From: Deltaproteobacteria bacterium
GTDB taxonomy: Bacteria; Campylobacterota_A; Desulfurellia; JAGGSF01
NCBI GenBank assembly: GCA_021159305.1
Contig: JAGGSB010000031.1
Span: 1 to 61,221, forward strand
Reading direction: 5' to 3'
Length of the DNA: 61,221 nt
A program made the position numbers and the translations under genes. The notes beneath the pieces are model-generated. The model did not search any database and had not been told where the DNA came from. It worked only from the letters and a program-made list of their open reading frames with translations. This document shows positions 28,184 through 38,132 of the stretch, piece by piece; position 1 is the stretch's first letter, and each line of letters begins with the position of its first letter.

Positions 28184-29482
28184 TCATACCCTCTTTTTCT
28201 TTAAAAAACCAGAATAACTACGCATAAACAAGTGAGATTCTATTTGCATAATAGTATCCAACCCCACTTGGACCACAATGAGTAAAGCCGTACCACCAAA
28301 ATAGAACGGCACATTAAACCTCTTCATCAAAAGCCACGGCAATATACATATAAGGGAAAGATAAATACCTCCCACAAAAGTAAGGCGGGTAAGTATCCAA
28401 TCCAAATAGTCTGCCGTAGCTTTACCTGGTCTTATCCCTGGGGTAAAGCCCCCATTTTTCTTCAAGTTATCCGCTACATCCTTTGGATTAAATACAATCG
28501 CCGTATAAAAATATGCAAAAAAGAAAAGAAGTCCTATATAAACAAAACTGTAAATAAGACTCCCTGGCGAGAAAAAATCAACTATTTTCCGAACAGCAGG
28601 GATAGGCAAAAATGTAGTCAAAGTTGCAGGAAAAAGGATGATAGAAGAGGCAAATATGGGTGGAATAACTCCAGAGACATTGACCTTTATAGGCAGATAA
28701 CTGGATTGCCCCCCATACATTCTCTTACCTACCATCCTACGCGGATACTGGATGGGTACCCTTCTCTGGGCAAGTTCCACATAAATCACAAAGGCAATAA
28801 CAGCCAGTGCTAATATTAGTATAATTAAAACAACTAACGCCGACATTTCACCAGCACTCACCAACCTAAATGTGTTACCAAATGCTGCTGGCATACGCGC
28901 TACAATACCTGCAAATATAATCAACGAAATACCATTACCAATCCCTCTCTCCGTAATCTGTTCTCCTATCCACATGAGAATCATGGTGCCTGTAGTAAGC
29001 ATAATAGATGCAAAAACGACAAAAGAAACACCGCTGTAGATAACAACTGGTGCACCACCAGGACCATGCATTGCCTGTAATCCAATACTTATGCCCGTAG
29101 CCTGAACAAAGGATATGATCACCGTGCCATATCTGGTATAAGTAGATATCTTTCTCCTTCCTTCTTCTCCGCTTTTTTTTAATCTGGCAAGTTCAGGATT
29201 TACAGCAGTTAAAAGCTCCAATATGATTGCTGCACTAATGTAAGGCATTATACCCAGCGAAAATATACTGAATTTACTCAGCGCATCTCCGGAAAACATA
29301 TTGAATAAACCAAGAACTGTGCCGCTGGCTTGTGTAAAGATCTGCGCCAGCACATGCGCATCCACTCCTGGAGCGGGAATATGAGCACCGAGTCTGAACA
29401 CCACGAGCATAATCAAAGTGAAAAATAAACGATTGGTCAGTTCGGGAACATTGAAGATATTCTCATAAGATGACGAATTCAT
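28184..29482 (-). CDS. secY: preprotein translocase subunit SecY
   Basis: 432-aa 10-TM protein in the canonical position between rplO and adk. Confidence 0.95.
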   Translation of the reverse strand: MNSSSYENIFNVPELTNRLFFTLIMLVVFRLGAHIPAPGVDAHVLAQIFTQASGTVLGLFNMFSGDALSKFSIFSLGIMPYISAAIILELLTAVNPELARLKKSGEEGRRKISTYTRYGTVIISFVQATGISIGLQAMHGPGGAPVVIYSGVSFVVFASIMLTTGTMILMWIGEQITERGIGNGISLIIFAGIVARMPAAFGNTFRLVSAGEMSALVVLIILILALAVIAFVIYVELAQRRVPIQYPRRMVGKRMYGGQSSYLPIKVNVSGVIPPIFASSIILFPATLTTFLPIPAVRKIVDFFSPGSLIYSFVYIGLLFFFAYFYTAIVFNPKDVADNLKKNGGFTPGIRPGKATADYLDWILTRLTFVGGIYLSLICILPWLLMKRFNVPFYFGGTALLIVVQVGLDTIMQIESHLFMRSYSGFLKKKRV

Positions 29483-29913
29483 CCTATTTCCTCTGTTATT
29501 CCCCCTGCCTTCGCTATTTTTTCCCTTGCTGTCTTAGAAAACTTATCTACCCTCACTGTAAGACACTTCGTTACCTCACCTTTTCCTAATATTTTCACAG
29601 GCAATTTTCGCCTGACAATCTTCTTTTCTCTTAAACTCTGTATAGAAACCTCTTCCCCTTCAGAAAAATTCTCATCCAATGTCCCCACATTTACAACGAC
29701 AACTTCTTTTCTAAATATATTTCTAAACCCTCTTTTGGGCACTCTTCTTATTAAAGGTGTCTGCCCTCCTTCAAAATACGGACCTTTTGCTCCTCCACTC
29801 CTCGCTTTTTGTCCCTTCGTTCCTCTACCCGATGTTTTACCCCATCCGCTCGCTCTACCCTTTCCTAATCTTTTGCTGTTTTTAACAGTTTTCACCAACT
29901 CACTTAATTTCAT
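29479..29913 (-). CDS. rplO: 50S ribosomal protein L15
   Basis: GRGTKGQKARSGG motif. Confidence 0.95.
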   Translation of the reverse strand: MKLSELVKTVKNSKRLGKGRASGWGKTSGRGTKGQKARSGGAKGPYFEGGQTPLIRRVPKRGFRNIFRKEVVVVNVGTLDENFSEGEEVSIQSLREKKIVRRKLPVKILGKGEVTKCLTVRVDKFSKTAREKIAKAGGITEEIG

Positions 29914-30091
29914 CCATTTCCTCCACTGAAAGCATAAAATCCACCTTCTTAATCATACCTCTCACCGCTGGTGTATCTTCTTTAACTGTAAAATGATGGG
30001 GCTTTTTCAAACCCAAAGACAAAACTGTCTCTCTTGTTTTTTTTCTCTGCCCAATAAAACCTTTTTTAAGCGTTATTTTAAGTTTACTCAT
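29900..30091 (-). CDS. rpmD: 50S ribosomal protein L30
   Basis: [12 protein letters not shown]-terminus. Start trimmed to 30091 (ATGAGTAA overlap with the rpsE stop), and the ORF track begins at 30103. Confidence 0.9.
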   Translation of the reverse strand: MSKLKITLKKGFIGQRKKTRETVLSLGLKKPHHFTVKEDTPAVRGMIKKVDFMLSVEEMDEIK

Positions 30092-30566
30092 GCTTTTCCC
30101 CATAACGATTCCTGAATATTTCCTCAGGAGAACGCAGAACTCTCAATGCTTCTATCGTAGCATGCGCTAAATTATGTGGATTATTCGAACCCAAAGATTT
30201 GGTGATAACATCTTTAATCCCGCAAGCTTCCACCACTGCTCTTACTGCCTTGCCAGCAATAATCCCATGTCCTTCAGGAGCGGGTTTCAATAAAACCTTA
30301 CCTGAACCATTTCTAACTATAACTTGATAAGGAATAGTGGCCTTTTCCGTTAAGGGAACAGTTATCATGTCTCTCTTTGCCCTTTCTACTGCTTTTCTTA
30401 TAGCTTCAGGAACTTCTTTCGCCTTACCCATGCCTATACCCACTTTCCCTTTTTTGTTCCCTACCGCAACTAAAGCGTTAAACCTAAATCTCCTTCCTCC
30501 CTTAACTACTTTTATTACCCGTCCTACCTTTATTAAATACTCCTCAAATTCTTTCTCTTCCCACAT
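30084..30566 (-). CDS. rpsE: 30S ribosomal protein S5
   Basis: [18 protein letters not shown] motif. Confidence 0.95.
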   Translation of the reverse strand: MWEEKEFEEYLIKVGRVIKVVKGGRRFRFNALVAVGNKKGKVGIGMGKAKEVPEAIRKAVERAKRDMITVPLTEKATIPYQVIVRNGSGKVLLKPAPEGHGIIAGKAVRAVVEACGIKDVITKSLGSNNPHNLAHATIEALRVLRSPEEIFRNRYGEKHE

Positions 30567-30575
30567 TTTTCGCTC

Positions 30576-30935
30576 CTAAAAGTTTAAGCCTTCCTTTCTC
30601 GCCGCATCAGCTAAAGCCTTAATCCGCCCCCGGTAAATATAACCATTTCTATCAAAAACAACAGTATCAATACCATTTTCCAAAGCCCTTTTAGCAACCA
30701 TCATTCCCACACCTTTAGCAGCTTCTACATTATTTGCCCTAACTTTACAATCTTTGTCTATAGTAGATGCACAAACAAGTGTGCGACCTTCGCTATCATC
30801 AATAAGCTGAGCATAGATATGCTTCAAGCTTTTATATACACACAACCTCGGTCTTTCTACCGTCCCTTTTACCTTCTCTTTTATTCTCAATTTTCTCTTG
30901 TTGCGCATTTTATTTCTATCATTAACTTTCAGCAT
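30576..30935 (-). CDS. rplR: 50S ribosomal protein L18
   Basis: [20 protein letters not shown] motif. Confidence 0.95.
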   Translation of the reverse strand: MLKVNDRNKMRNKRKLRIKEKVKGTVERPRLCVYKSLKHIYAQLIDDSEGRTLVCASTIDKDCKVRANNVEAAKGVGMMVAKRALENGIDTVVFDRNGYIYRGRIKALADAARKEGLNF

Positions 30936-31485
30936 ACGCTTGCTTACCTCCTGCCTTACCTGCTTTTTTCCTCACTACTTCATCCTTATATCTTATTCCT
31001 TTACCTTTATAAGGCTCAGGTGGTTTAAATCCACGAATCTCGCTGGTAACCTGGCCCACAACCTGTTTGTCTATGCCATCTACATAGATTATATTACCCT
31101 GCTTATTAACCTTTATAGCAACACCTTGAGGAATATGATACACAATCTCATGAGAAAAACCTAAATGTAAAACAAGATCATTCCCTCTTACTTCTGCTTT
31201 GTACCCTATACCTACAATAGTCAGCACCTTCTCATACCCCTTATGCACGCCTTCCACCATATTAGCAACAATACTTCTTGTCAAACCATGAAGAGCTTTT
31301 GCTTTTTTATCCTCGCTCAGCTTTTCTACATATAACGAGTTTTCTTCTTTTCTTATCTTTACATACTGTGCCGGATAATCCCACTGAAGAGAACCTTTTT
31401 CCCCTTTTACCGACACATTTTCTCCTTTAATATCCACTTCTACCTTATCAGGTATTGGGATAGGTTTTCTACCAATAAGAGACAT
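30922..31485 (-). CDS. rplF: 50S ribosomal protein L6
   Basis: [16 protein letters not shown]-terminus. Position between S8 and L18. Confidence 0.95.
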   Translation of the reverse strand: MSLIGRKPIPIPDKVEVDIKGENVSVKGEKGSLQWDYPAQYVKIRKEENSLYVEKLSEDKKAKALHGLTRSIVANMVEGVHKGYEKVLTIVGIGYKAEVRGNDLVLHLGFSHEIVYHIPQGVAIKVNKQGNIIYVDGIDKQVVGQVTSEIRGFKPPEPYKGKGIRYKDEVVRKKAGKAGGKQAYAES

Positions 31486-31871
31486 TAAAACACCTCACAA
31501 ATCAACTCTCCGCCTACCCGCAGTCTCTTGGCTGTTTTATTTGAAATAATACCCTTACTTGTACTTAATATTGATACACCCAGACCATTCATAACATAGG
31601 GAATTTCACTATACCGAACATATACTCTTCTCGATGGTTTACTTATTCTCCTAAGTAAACTGATTGTCGGTTTATCCTTGCCTATATACTTCAAATAGAC
31701 CCTTGCCATATTTCTCTTATCTTCCAACACCTTAAAATCGCTTATAAATCCCTCTTTTTTTAATACCTCGCAGACACTCAATACAACTCTATTCGATAAA
31801 AGATCCACACTTTCCATTTGTCGCGCCAATGCATTCTTTATTCGTGCCAAACCATCACTAATTCTATCCAT
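31485..31871 (-). CDS. rpsH: 30S ribosomal protein S8
   Basis: DRISDGLARIKNA N-terminal motif. Confidence 0.95.
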   Translation of the reverse strand: MDRISDGLARIKNALARQMESVDLLSNRVVLSVCEVLKKEGFISDFKVLEDKRNMARVYLKYIGKDKPTISLLRRISKPSRRVYVRYSEIPYVMNGLGVSILSTSKGIISNKTAKRLRVGGELICEVF

Positions 31872-31886
31872 ACCTATCCTCTTTAA

Positions 31887-32072
31887 TTACCAGCTCGCTT
31901 TCCTTACTCCTGGTATCTCCCCTTTTGAAGCAAGATTTCTAAAACATATTCTACATATACCAAACTTTCTCAGATACCCTCTGGACCTTCCACAGATACC
32001 ACATTTATTTCGATATCTTACCTTAAACTTTTGTGCCTTCTTCATCTTCTCTATAGATGCTTTCCGCGCCAT
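31887..32072 (-). CDS. rpsN: 30S ribosomal protein S14, type Z (zinc form)
   Basis: 61 aa with CGICGR...CRICFR. Confidence 0.95.
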   Translation of the reverse strand: MARKASIEKMKKAQKFKVRYRNKCGICGRSRGYLRKFGICRICFRNLASKGEIPGVRKASW

Positions 32073-32083
32073 ATCATCTCTCC

Positions 32084-32641
32084 TTATTCCTTTTTAAATG
32101 GCATACCAAAAGACTCTAATAAAACGCGGCATTCCTCATCTGTCTTTGCCGTCGTCACAATACTGATACCCATGCCATGCACCTTCTGTACCTTGTCATA
32201 ATCTATTTCTGGAAAAACTAATTGCTCTGTCAAACCCAGAGAATAGTTCCCTCTACCATCAAAGCTCTTTGTAGAAACTCCCCTAAAATCTCTCACTCTT
32301 GGCAAGGTAAAATTGATCAACCTATCAAGAAAGTCATACATTTTCTCTCTTCTCAACGTCACCCTGCAGCCAATGGGCATACCCTTCCTCAGCTTAAAAG
32401 CAGCTATAGATTTTCTGGCGCGAGTAATCACACCTCTCTGGCCTGTAATGGCTGCTAACTCATCCAAGGCACTATCTAAGAGTTTTATATCTTGCACGCC
32501 TTCTCCCATACCTACATTAACTACAATCTTTACTAAGCGAGGTGACTGCATCACATTTTTATAAGAAAACTCTCTCGTCATCATAGGAATTATCTTTTCA
32601 GTATAAACACTAAAAAGCCGCGGTATGTATCTCTCTGCCAT
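32084..32641 (-). CDS. rplE: 50S ribosomal protein L5
   Basis: Start trimmed to MAERYIPRL (ATG at 32641, a 1-nt overlap with the rplX stop). The ORF-track extension runs into rplX. Confidence 0.93.
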   Translation of the reverse strand: MAERYIPRLFSVYTEKIIPMMTREFSYKNVMQSPRLVKIVVNVGMGEGVQDIKLLDSALDELAAITGQRGVITRARKSIAAFKLRKGMPIGCRVTLRREKMYDFLDRLINFTLPRVRDFRGVSTKSFDGRGNYSLGLTEQLVFPEIDYDKVQKVHGMGISIVTTAKTDEECRVLLESFGMPFKKE

Positions 32642-32952
32642 TAGATTGTCTCCCCACATTTTCTGCAATACCTTACCTTCTTGCCATCCTCCAAAAACTT
32701 GTAACCAATGCGTATTCTCTTCGAACAATGAGGACAAACAAGCATAATATTAGAAATGTCTATAGGCGCTTCTTTTTCTATAATGCCGCCTTTAGAGGTA
32801 GCCGAAGGTTTAGTGTGTTTCTTGACAATGTTAATGCCCTCTACGGTCACTGCATTTTTCTTAGAAATAAAACTGAGAATCTTTCCCCTTTTCCCTCTAT
32901 CCTTACCCCTAATTATTTCCACCTCATCAGTTTTTCTTAATTTAGTTTTCAT
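32641..32952 (-). CDS. rplX: 50S ribosomal protein L24
   Basis: KOW motif ([16 protein letters not shown]). Start trimmed to MKTKLRK with GAGGTG 8 nt upstream. C-terminal CPHC...CRKC ribbon. Confidence 0.93.
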   Translation of the reverse strand: MKTKLRKTDEVEIIRGKDRGKRGKILSFISKKNAVTVEGINIVKKHTKPSATSKGGIIEKEAPIDISNIMLVCPHCSKRIRIGYKFLEDGKKVRYCRKCGETI

Positions 32953-32953
32953 C

Positions 32954-33322
32954 CTAAAGCACCTCTGGAGCAAGCGATATAATCTTCATAAAATTCCTTG
33001 CTCTTAATTCTCTAACTACCGGCCCAAAAATACGGCTGCCTATGGGCTCACCTTTATCATCTATAATCACCGCTGCATTATCATCAAACTTTATATAACT
33101 CCCATCCACTCTTCTAAATTCTTTTTTGGTTCTTACCACTACCGCTTTAACCACATTTCCTTTTTTTACTTTACCCTCAGGAATTGCTTTCTTCACTGCA
33201 GCCACAATAACATCCCCTGCACGAGCATATCTCCGCATCGTTCCACCAAGCACCTTTATACACATAATTTCTTTAGCACCAGAGTTATCTACTACCTTTA
33301 ATTTTGTCTGCATTTGAATCAT
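32954..33322 (-). CDS. rplN: 50S ribosomal protein L14
   Basis: [18 protein letters not shown]-terminus with AAGGAG 7 nt upstream. Confidence 0.95.
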   Translation of the reverse strand: MIQMQTKLKVVDNSGAKEIMCIKVLGGTMRRYARAGDVIVAAVKKAIPEGKVKKGNVVKAVVVRTKKEFRRVDGSYIKFDDNAAVIIDDKGEPIGSRIFGPVVRELRARNFMKIISLAPEVL

Positions 33323-33578
33323 TTTTAAGCTCCTTGTGTCCCTTCTTAGCAATTTGCACTATTCTAAATCTCTTGTCCTTAGATAAAGGCCGACATTCCT
33401 CAATACTTATTACATCACCTTCACTAGAGCTGTTATATTCATCATGAACCTTGTATTTTTTCTTTCTTTTTACATACTTTCCAATTTTACTTAGTTTCAT
33501 TAGCCTTTCTATTAAAACCACCCTTGTTTTGTCCATCTTATCGCTTATCACCACACCCTTAAGCACCTTCTTCGCCAT
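33285..33578 (-). CDS. rpsQ: 30S ribosomal protein S17
   Basis: [17 protein letters not shown]-terminus. The C-terminal tail runs 38 nt into rplN. Confidence 0.92.
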   Translation of the reverse strand: MAKKVLKGVVISDKMDKTRVVLIERLMKLSKIGKYVKRKKKYKVHDEYNSSSEGDVISIEECRPLSKDKRFRIVQIAKKGHKELKNDSNADKIKGSR

Positions 33579-33769
33579 TAATTACTCCCTTTCTCTCTTA
33601 AAACGGTAAGTATTTGTGCAATTCCTCTCCTTATATTACGAAACCTCTTGGGGTTTTCCAACTGTTCTACATTCTTTCGCAAGCGTAAATTAAAAAGCTC
33701 TTGTTTTAAATCCTGCAATTTCTTATTTAATCCTTCAGTATCCATTTCTCTAATTTCTCTACTCTTCAT
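33578..33769 (-). CDS. rpmC: 50S ribosomal protein L29
   Basis: 63 aa, [12 protein letters not shown] motif. Confidence 0.95.
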   Translation of the reverse strand: MKSREIREMDTEGLNKKLQDLKQELFNLRLRKNVEQLENPKRFRNIRRGIAQILTVLREKGSN

Positions 33770-34185
33770 ATACTCTGTTCCTTAACAATTCTTGTAGGTA
33801 TACCAAGTTTATAAGAAGCTAACTTCAATGCTCTTACAGCTTTTTCTTCCGATACGTTCCCTACCTCATACAATATACGGCCAGGCTTCACTGGAACAAC
33901 CCATACTTCAGGAGAACCTTTGCCTTTTCCCATCCTTGTCTCGGCAGGTTTTTTCGTAAGAGGAAAATAGGGGAAAATACGAATCCATACCTTTCCCTCC
34001 CTCTTTAAATATCTTGTTATAGCAACACGAGCAGACTCTATCTGTCTATTTGTTATCTCCCCTCTGCCCATTGCCTTCAATCCAAATTCACCAAATGTCA
34101 CATTAGAGCCACGAACAGAAACACCTGTCAAGCTCCCTCTTTTACGCTGGTATTTTCTATACTTTGTTCTGCGAGGCATTAACAT
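33766..34185 (-). CDS. rplP: 50S ribosomal protein L16
   Basis: [12 protein letters not shown]-terminus, RMGKGKG motif. Confidence 0.95.
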   Translation of the reverse strand: MLMPRRTKYRKYQRKRGSLTGVSVRGSNVTFGEFGLKAMGRGEITNRQIESARVAITRYLKREGKVWIRIFPYFPLTKKPAETRMGKGKGSPEVWVVPVKPGRILYEVGNVSEEKAVRALKLASYKLGIPTRIVKEQSI

Positions 34186-34200
34186 CTTTCTCTCCTACTC

Positions 34201-34818
34201 TCAGTCCTCTTTGAATATCCATGCTTTAACACCAATAACTCCTGCTGTAGTGAGGGCCTCGGCAAAACCATAATCAATGTTTGCTTTAAATGTCTGTAAT
34301 GAAACTCTCCCTTCCTGTCGCCACTCACAGCGAGCCATCTCTGCACCACCTAATTTTCCTGAACATTTAATTTTTATTCCACACGCACCAGCCTTCTCCG
34401 CTAAACGCATCACCTTCTTTAATACTCTTCTATACGGCATTCTCTTTTCTATCTGTAACGCAACATTTTCCGCAACAAGTTGAGCATCAGCCTCCGGTTT
34501 ATCTACTTCCCTTACATTTATAGTAACATTACACGATGTTAAACCGCTGACCAATTTTTTAAGCTTTTCTATCTCACTACCCTTCTTACCAATCATAATA
34601 CCCGGCCGAGCAGCATATAGGCTTAATGTCATTTTGTTTCCTTTACGTTCTATCTCTATTTTAGATAATCCAGCGTAGTACGATCTTCTCTTTACTACTT
34701 TCCTGATATTATAATCCTCAAGCAAATTTTCCTTCAACCCTTTCGCTACAAACCAACGGGAGGTCCAATTCTTATTAATTCCTACTCTCAAACCTATCGG
34801 GTTTACCTTTTGTCCCAA
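34201..34818 (-). CDS. rpsC: 30S ribosomal protein S3
   Basis: MGQKVNPIGLRVGINKNW N-terminus, KH domain. Confidence 0.95.
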   Translation of the reverse strand: MGQKVNPIGLRVGINKNWTSRWFVAKGLKENLLEDYNIRKVVKRRSYYAGLSKIEIERKGNKMTLSLYAARPGIMIGKKGSEIEKLKKLVSGLTSCNVTINVREVDKPEADAQLVAENVALQIEKRMPYRRVLKKVMRLAEKAGACGIKIKCSGKLGGAEMARCEWRQEGRVSLQTFKANIDYGFAEALTTAGVIGVKAWIFKED

Positions 34819-34827
34819 AATATCCCC

Positions 34828-35157
34828 CTATTTCTCACTCAGCTCGATTTTTAGATTACTTGCTCTCTTCACAATCTTTCCTGCTCTCCCTCTTGCTCTT
34901 GGTCTAAACCTCTTCATCTTTAAACCATCATCTGCAACAACCTTGGAAATATAAAGTTTGTCAACATCTACTCCTACATTCTCAGCGTTGGACAATGCAC
35001 TCTGTAAGAGTTTCCTTAAAATGAAAGAGGCTTTGCGAGGAGAAAACTTCAACATAATCAAGGCTCTCTCCACACTCTGGCCTTTTATAAACGAAATCAC
35101 TTCCCTTACTTTTCGCGGCGATATTCTTGCTCCTTTTAAATAAGCCCTTACTTCCAT
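34828..35157 (-). CDS. rplV: 50S ribosomal protein L22
   Basis: ARISPRKVREV motif and conserved position. Confidence 0.95.
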   Translation of the reverse strand: MEVRAYLKGARISPRKVREVISFIKGQSVERALIMLKFSPRKASFILRKLLQSALSNAENVGVDVDKLYISKVVADDGLKMKRFRPRARGRAGKIVKRASNLKIELSEK

Positions 35158-35159
35158 AA

Positions 35160-35444
35160 TTATGCCTCACCTACGTGCTTGCCAACTGTACCTTTATGTC
35201 CTTTAAACACTCGTGTAGGAGCAAACTCTCCCAATCTATAACCAACCATATTTTCCGTAACATATACAGGTATAAATTTTCTCCCATTGTGTACAGCAAA
35301 TGTAAATCCCACAAATTCAGGCAAAATCTCACTTCTTCTAGACCATGTTTTTATTATCCCTTTCTTTTTACCATCTTTTATCTTAAGCACTTTTTTATAC
35401 AATTTCTGGTCTATATAAGGACCCTTTTTAGACGATCTACCCAT
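35160..35444 (-). CDS. rpsS: 30S ribosomal protein S19
   Basis: [11 protein letters not shown] and [23 protein letters not shown]. Confidence 0.95.
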   Translation of the reverse strand: MGRSSKKGPYIDQKLYKKVLKIKDGKKKGIIKTWSRRSEILPEFVGFTFAVHNGRKFIPVYVTENMVGYRLGEFAPTRVFKGHKGTVGKHVGEA

Positions 35445-36264
35445 TGTTTCTCCTCCTTATAATAAACCTATCCGTGCGTTTGTTCTTTCTCGTACGATAT
35501 CCTTTCGTGGGTACACCCCAAGGAGTAACAGGCGTTCCTCCCGTACCGCTTTTTCCTTCCCCGCCTCCGTGAGGATGATCAACAGGATTCATTGCCACGC
35601 CACGAACCTTAGGTCTCCTTCCTAAATGACGCAATCTTCCTGCCTTTCCATAAACTATGTTGCTCTGATCTGTATTCCCTACCTGTCCTACCGTCGCATA
35701 AGCATTTTCGTGTACCATTCTCATTTCACCGGAAGGTAATTTGAGAAAAACATATCTTTTCTCCTTGGCCATAATTTGAGCATAACTTCCTGCACTCCGC
35801 GCCAATTTCGCGCCACCGCCTGGATAAAGTCCAATATTGTGCACCATAGTTCCTGCTGGAATTTTTCTCAGTGGAAGTGCATTGCCCACCTTAATCTCCA
35901 CATTTTCTCCTGATTCTACAACATCGCCTACCTTCAAACCTAAAGGGGCAATGATATACCGCTTCTCGCCCGTTACATATGAGACAAGCGCAATGTATGC
36001 ACTTCTGTTAGGATCATATTCAATAGATTTTATCTTTCCCTCAATATTATAATTATCTCGCTTAAAATCTATTATCCTATACAATCTTTTATGTCCTCCG
36101 CCTCTATGTCGTACGGTAACTCTACCCAGATTATTTCTCCCGGAATGCTTCTTGATGGAAACAAGAATGGACTTCTCCGGTTTTACCTTTGTCAGTTCAC
36201 CAAAATCACTTACGCTCATTCCGCGCCTGCCAGGAGTAGTAGGCTTGTAAACTTTAACACCCAT
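35437..36264 (-). CDS. rplB: 50S ribosomal protein L2
   Basis: [12 protein letters not shown] and [13 protein letters not shown] motifs. Confidence 0.95.
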   Translation of the reverse strand: MGVKVYKPTTPGRRGMSVSDFGELTKVKPEKSILVSIKKHSGRNNLGRVTVRHRGGGHKRLYRIIDFKRDNYNIEGKIKSIEYDPNRSAYIALVSYVTGEKRYIIAPLGLKVGDVVESGENVEIKVGNALPLRKIPAGTMVHNIGLYPGGGAKLARSAGSYAQIMAKEKRYVFLKLPSGEMRMVHENAYATVGQVGNTDQSNIVYGKAGRLRHLGRRPKVRGVAMNPVDHPHGGGEGKSGTGGTPVTPWGVPTKGYRTRKNKRTDRFIIRRRNNG

Positions 36265-36271
36265 TATATCC

Positions 36272-36547
36272 TCACAAATCCTTAATCTGTTGTCCTTGCT
36301 TCAGTGACACAATAACCTTTCTTGTATTAGGTCGCCTACCCCGAATATTATGAAACAATCTCTTTTTACCTTTTATATTCATTATATTAACTTTTTCTAC
36401 CTGCACTTTAAATATTTTTTCTACAACTTTTCTCACATCTACCTTTGTAGCTTTCTTGTGCACTATAAACACGTACTTTCCTTCTTCCCTGTCTCTTGTG
36501 GATTTTTCTGTAACTTTTCTCCCTTTTATAATATTCCATACATCCAT
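36272..36547 (-). CDS. rplW: 50S ribosomal protein L23
   Basis: 91 aa in conserved position, TEKS...FIVHKKATK pattern. Confidence 0.93.
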   Translation of the reverse strand: MDVWNIIKGRKVTEKSTRDREEGKYVFIVHKKATKVDVRKVVEKIFKVQVEKVNIMNIKGKKRLFHNIRGRRPNTRKVIVSLKQGQQIKDL

Positions 36548-37156
36548 CTAAACTCCCTTCAACATCTCTGGTAACAGCTTTTGAGGAACAACAATCTTTT
36601 TATACCTTAAAATATCATAAACATTAACACTGTGCGATTCCTTTAATTCTATCTTTTCTATGTTTCTCATAGAAAGTATAGAATTAACCATATCATTATT
36701 TACAACAACCAAACCCTTTTCTACACCTAAATTCTTTAAAGTCAAACAGGCTTCTTTTGTCTTCGGTGAAGAAAAATCAAGCTCCTCCACCACAATTAAA
36801 TCACCATCTGTAATCTTTTGTGACAGAGCCCACAGGTAGACCTTTTTTTTCTCTTTCTTGTTCACCTTTTGTTTATAGGTACGAGGCTTCGGACCAAAAC
36901 ATACACCACCACCTACCCATAGAGGTGAACGAATAGAACCTGCCCGCGCTCTTCCCGTTCCTTTTTGCCTCCAGGGTTTTCTCCCTCCACCGGATACATC
37001 ACCCCTGGTTTTAGAAGAAGCTGTTCCTCTTCTCTTATTCGCCAAATACGCTTTTACTATCCTACTCACGCATAGAGAAGAAACATTGCCAACATTAATA
37101 TTTATATCTACCTCTCCTTTTTTATTCCCCTGCTTGTTCAACACATCTATTTTCAT
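36548..37156 (-). CDS. rplD: 50S ribosomal protein L4
   Basis: GGGRKPWRQKGTGRARAGS motif. Confidence 0.95.
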   Translation of the reverse strand: MKIDVLNKQGNKKGEVDININVGNVSSLCVSRIVKAYLANKRRGTASSKTRGDVSGGGRKPWRQKGTGRARAGSIRSPLWVGGGVCFGPKPRTYKQKVNKKEKKKVYLWALSQKITDGDLIVVEELDFSSPKTKEACLTLKNLGVEKGLVVVNNDMVNSILSMRNIEKIELKESHSVNVYDILRYKKIVVPQKLLPEMLKGV

Positions 37157-37776
37157 TGTTGCTTCCCTTTCAATATCTTAACCCAACTGCCGCTTCCGCC
37201 TAGCACATTACCTTTAAGACCTATAATACTATTTTCATTGTCTACAAAAACAACCCTTGAAGTCTTTATTGTAACCTTCTTATTCCCATAGTGGCCTGCC
37301 ATCTTCTTCCCCTTAATCACCCTTCCTGGATATTCACACATACCTATAGAACCTGGTTTTCTATCCATCATTCCACCATGAGAAGCGGGTCCACCGTGAA
37401 AACCGTGTCTTTTCATAGTACCAGAAAATCCCTTTCCTTTGCTATATCCTTGAATTCTTGCAGTTTCTCCCACCTTGAATATATCCACGCCTATCACATC
37501 ACCTATTTTAAACTCTTCGATATTTTGATACTTAAATTCTCTCAGCATGCGCTTATATGGTACATTCTTCTTCTTAAAATAACCAACTAGGGACTTGTTC
37601 AATTTGTTTTCTTTAACATCACTAAAGCCTAACTGTAATGCACAGTAACTATTTTTTTCTTGCGTTTTAATATCAACTACAGTCCCCGGTTCTACTTTCA
37701 AAAGCGTTACAGGAATCGCAGAATCGCTTTCGAAAATTTGAGTCATCCCCATTTTCCTTGCCATAAGACCTATCAC
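37153..37776 (-). CDS. rplC: 50S ribosomal protein L3
   Basis: KMGMTQIF N-terminus, [13 protein letters not shown] motif. Confidence 0.95.
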   Translation of the reverse strand: MIGLMARKMGMTQIFESDSAIPVTLLKVEPGTVVDIKTQEKNSYCALQLGFSDVKENKLNKSLVGYFKKKNVPYKRMLREFKYQNIEEFKIGDVIGVDIFKVGETARIQGYSKGKGFSGTMKRHGFHGGPASHGGMMDRKPGSIGMCEYPGRVIKGKKMAGHYGNKKVTIKTSRVVFVDNENSIIGLKGNVLGGSGSWVKILKGKQQ

Positions 37777-38078
37777 AGTTTCACCTCTATATCCACACCT
37801 GCAGGTAAATCTATCCTCATCAATGCATCCACTGTCTGTTCCGATGCATCTAAAATATCCATAAGCCTCTTATGAATTCTTATCTCGAACTGCTCTCTTG
37901 ATTTCTTGTTCACAAACGGCGAACGCAAAACTGTGTAACGAGATATCCTTGTAGGCAAAAGCACTGGTCCTTTTATCTTTGCCCCCGTATTTCTTGCCGT
38001 TTCCGTTATATCCTTTACGGACTTGTCTAAAAGCCTACTATCATAGGACTTTAATCTTAACCTTATTTTTTGCGACAT
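37773..38078 (-). CDS. rpsJ: 30S ribosomal protein S10
   Basis: [15 protein letters not shown]-terminus. First gene of the S10 operon. Confidence 0.95.
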   Translation of the reverse strand: MSQKIRLRLKSYDSRLLDKSVKDITETARNTGAKIKGPVLLPTRISRYTVLRSPFVNKKSREQFEIRIHKRLMDILDASEQTVDALMRIDLPAGVDIEVKL

Positions 38079-38128
38079 AAAAAACTCCTGTTGGAGTTTT
38101 CTAAGCTCAAATCTATGATCTGTGCCAT
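38063..38128 (-). other. candidate 21-codon upstream ORF ([21 protein letters not shown]) overlapping the rpsJ start out of frame
   Basis: ATG at 38128, 50 nt upstream of the rpsJ ATG. The first 21 nt resemble the upstream ATG modules of rpsB and tuf copy 2. No obvious SD. Confidence 0.25.
38075..38100 (-). terminator. terminator-like hairpin after tuf that also contains the rpsJ SD
   Basis: Minus-strand AAAACTCC-AACA-GGAGTTTT (38100 down to 38081), then TT and the ATG of rpsJ. 8-bp stem, U-rich tail, and the 3' arm is the only SD for rpsJ. Confidence 0.45.
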
Positions 38129-38132
38129 AATC

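Noticed and set aside
32642-32737. N-terminal extensions given by the ORF track for rplE, and likewise rplX, rplN, rpsL, purC, secE, rpmD, rplL and rpsB
   Set aside because: The extensions overlap the preceding gene or tRNA and lack SDs. Internal ATGs with GGAGG-type SDs reproduce the canonical N-termini ([32 protein letters not shown] and others).
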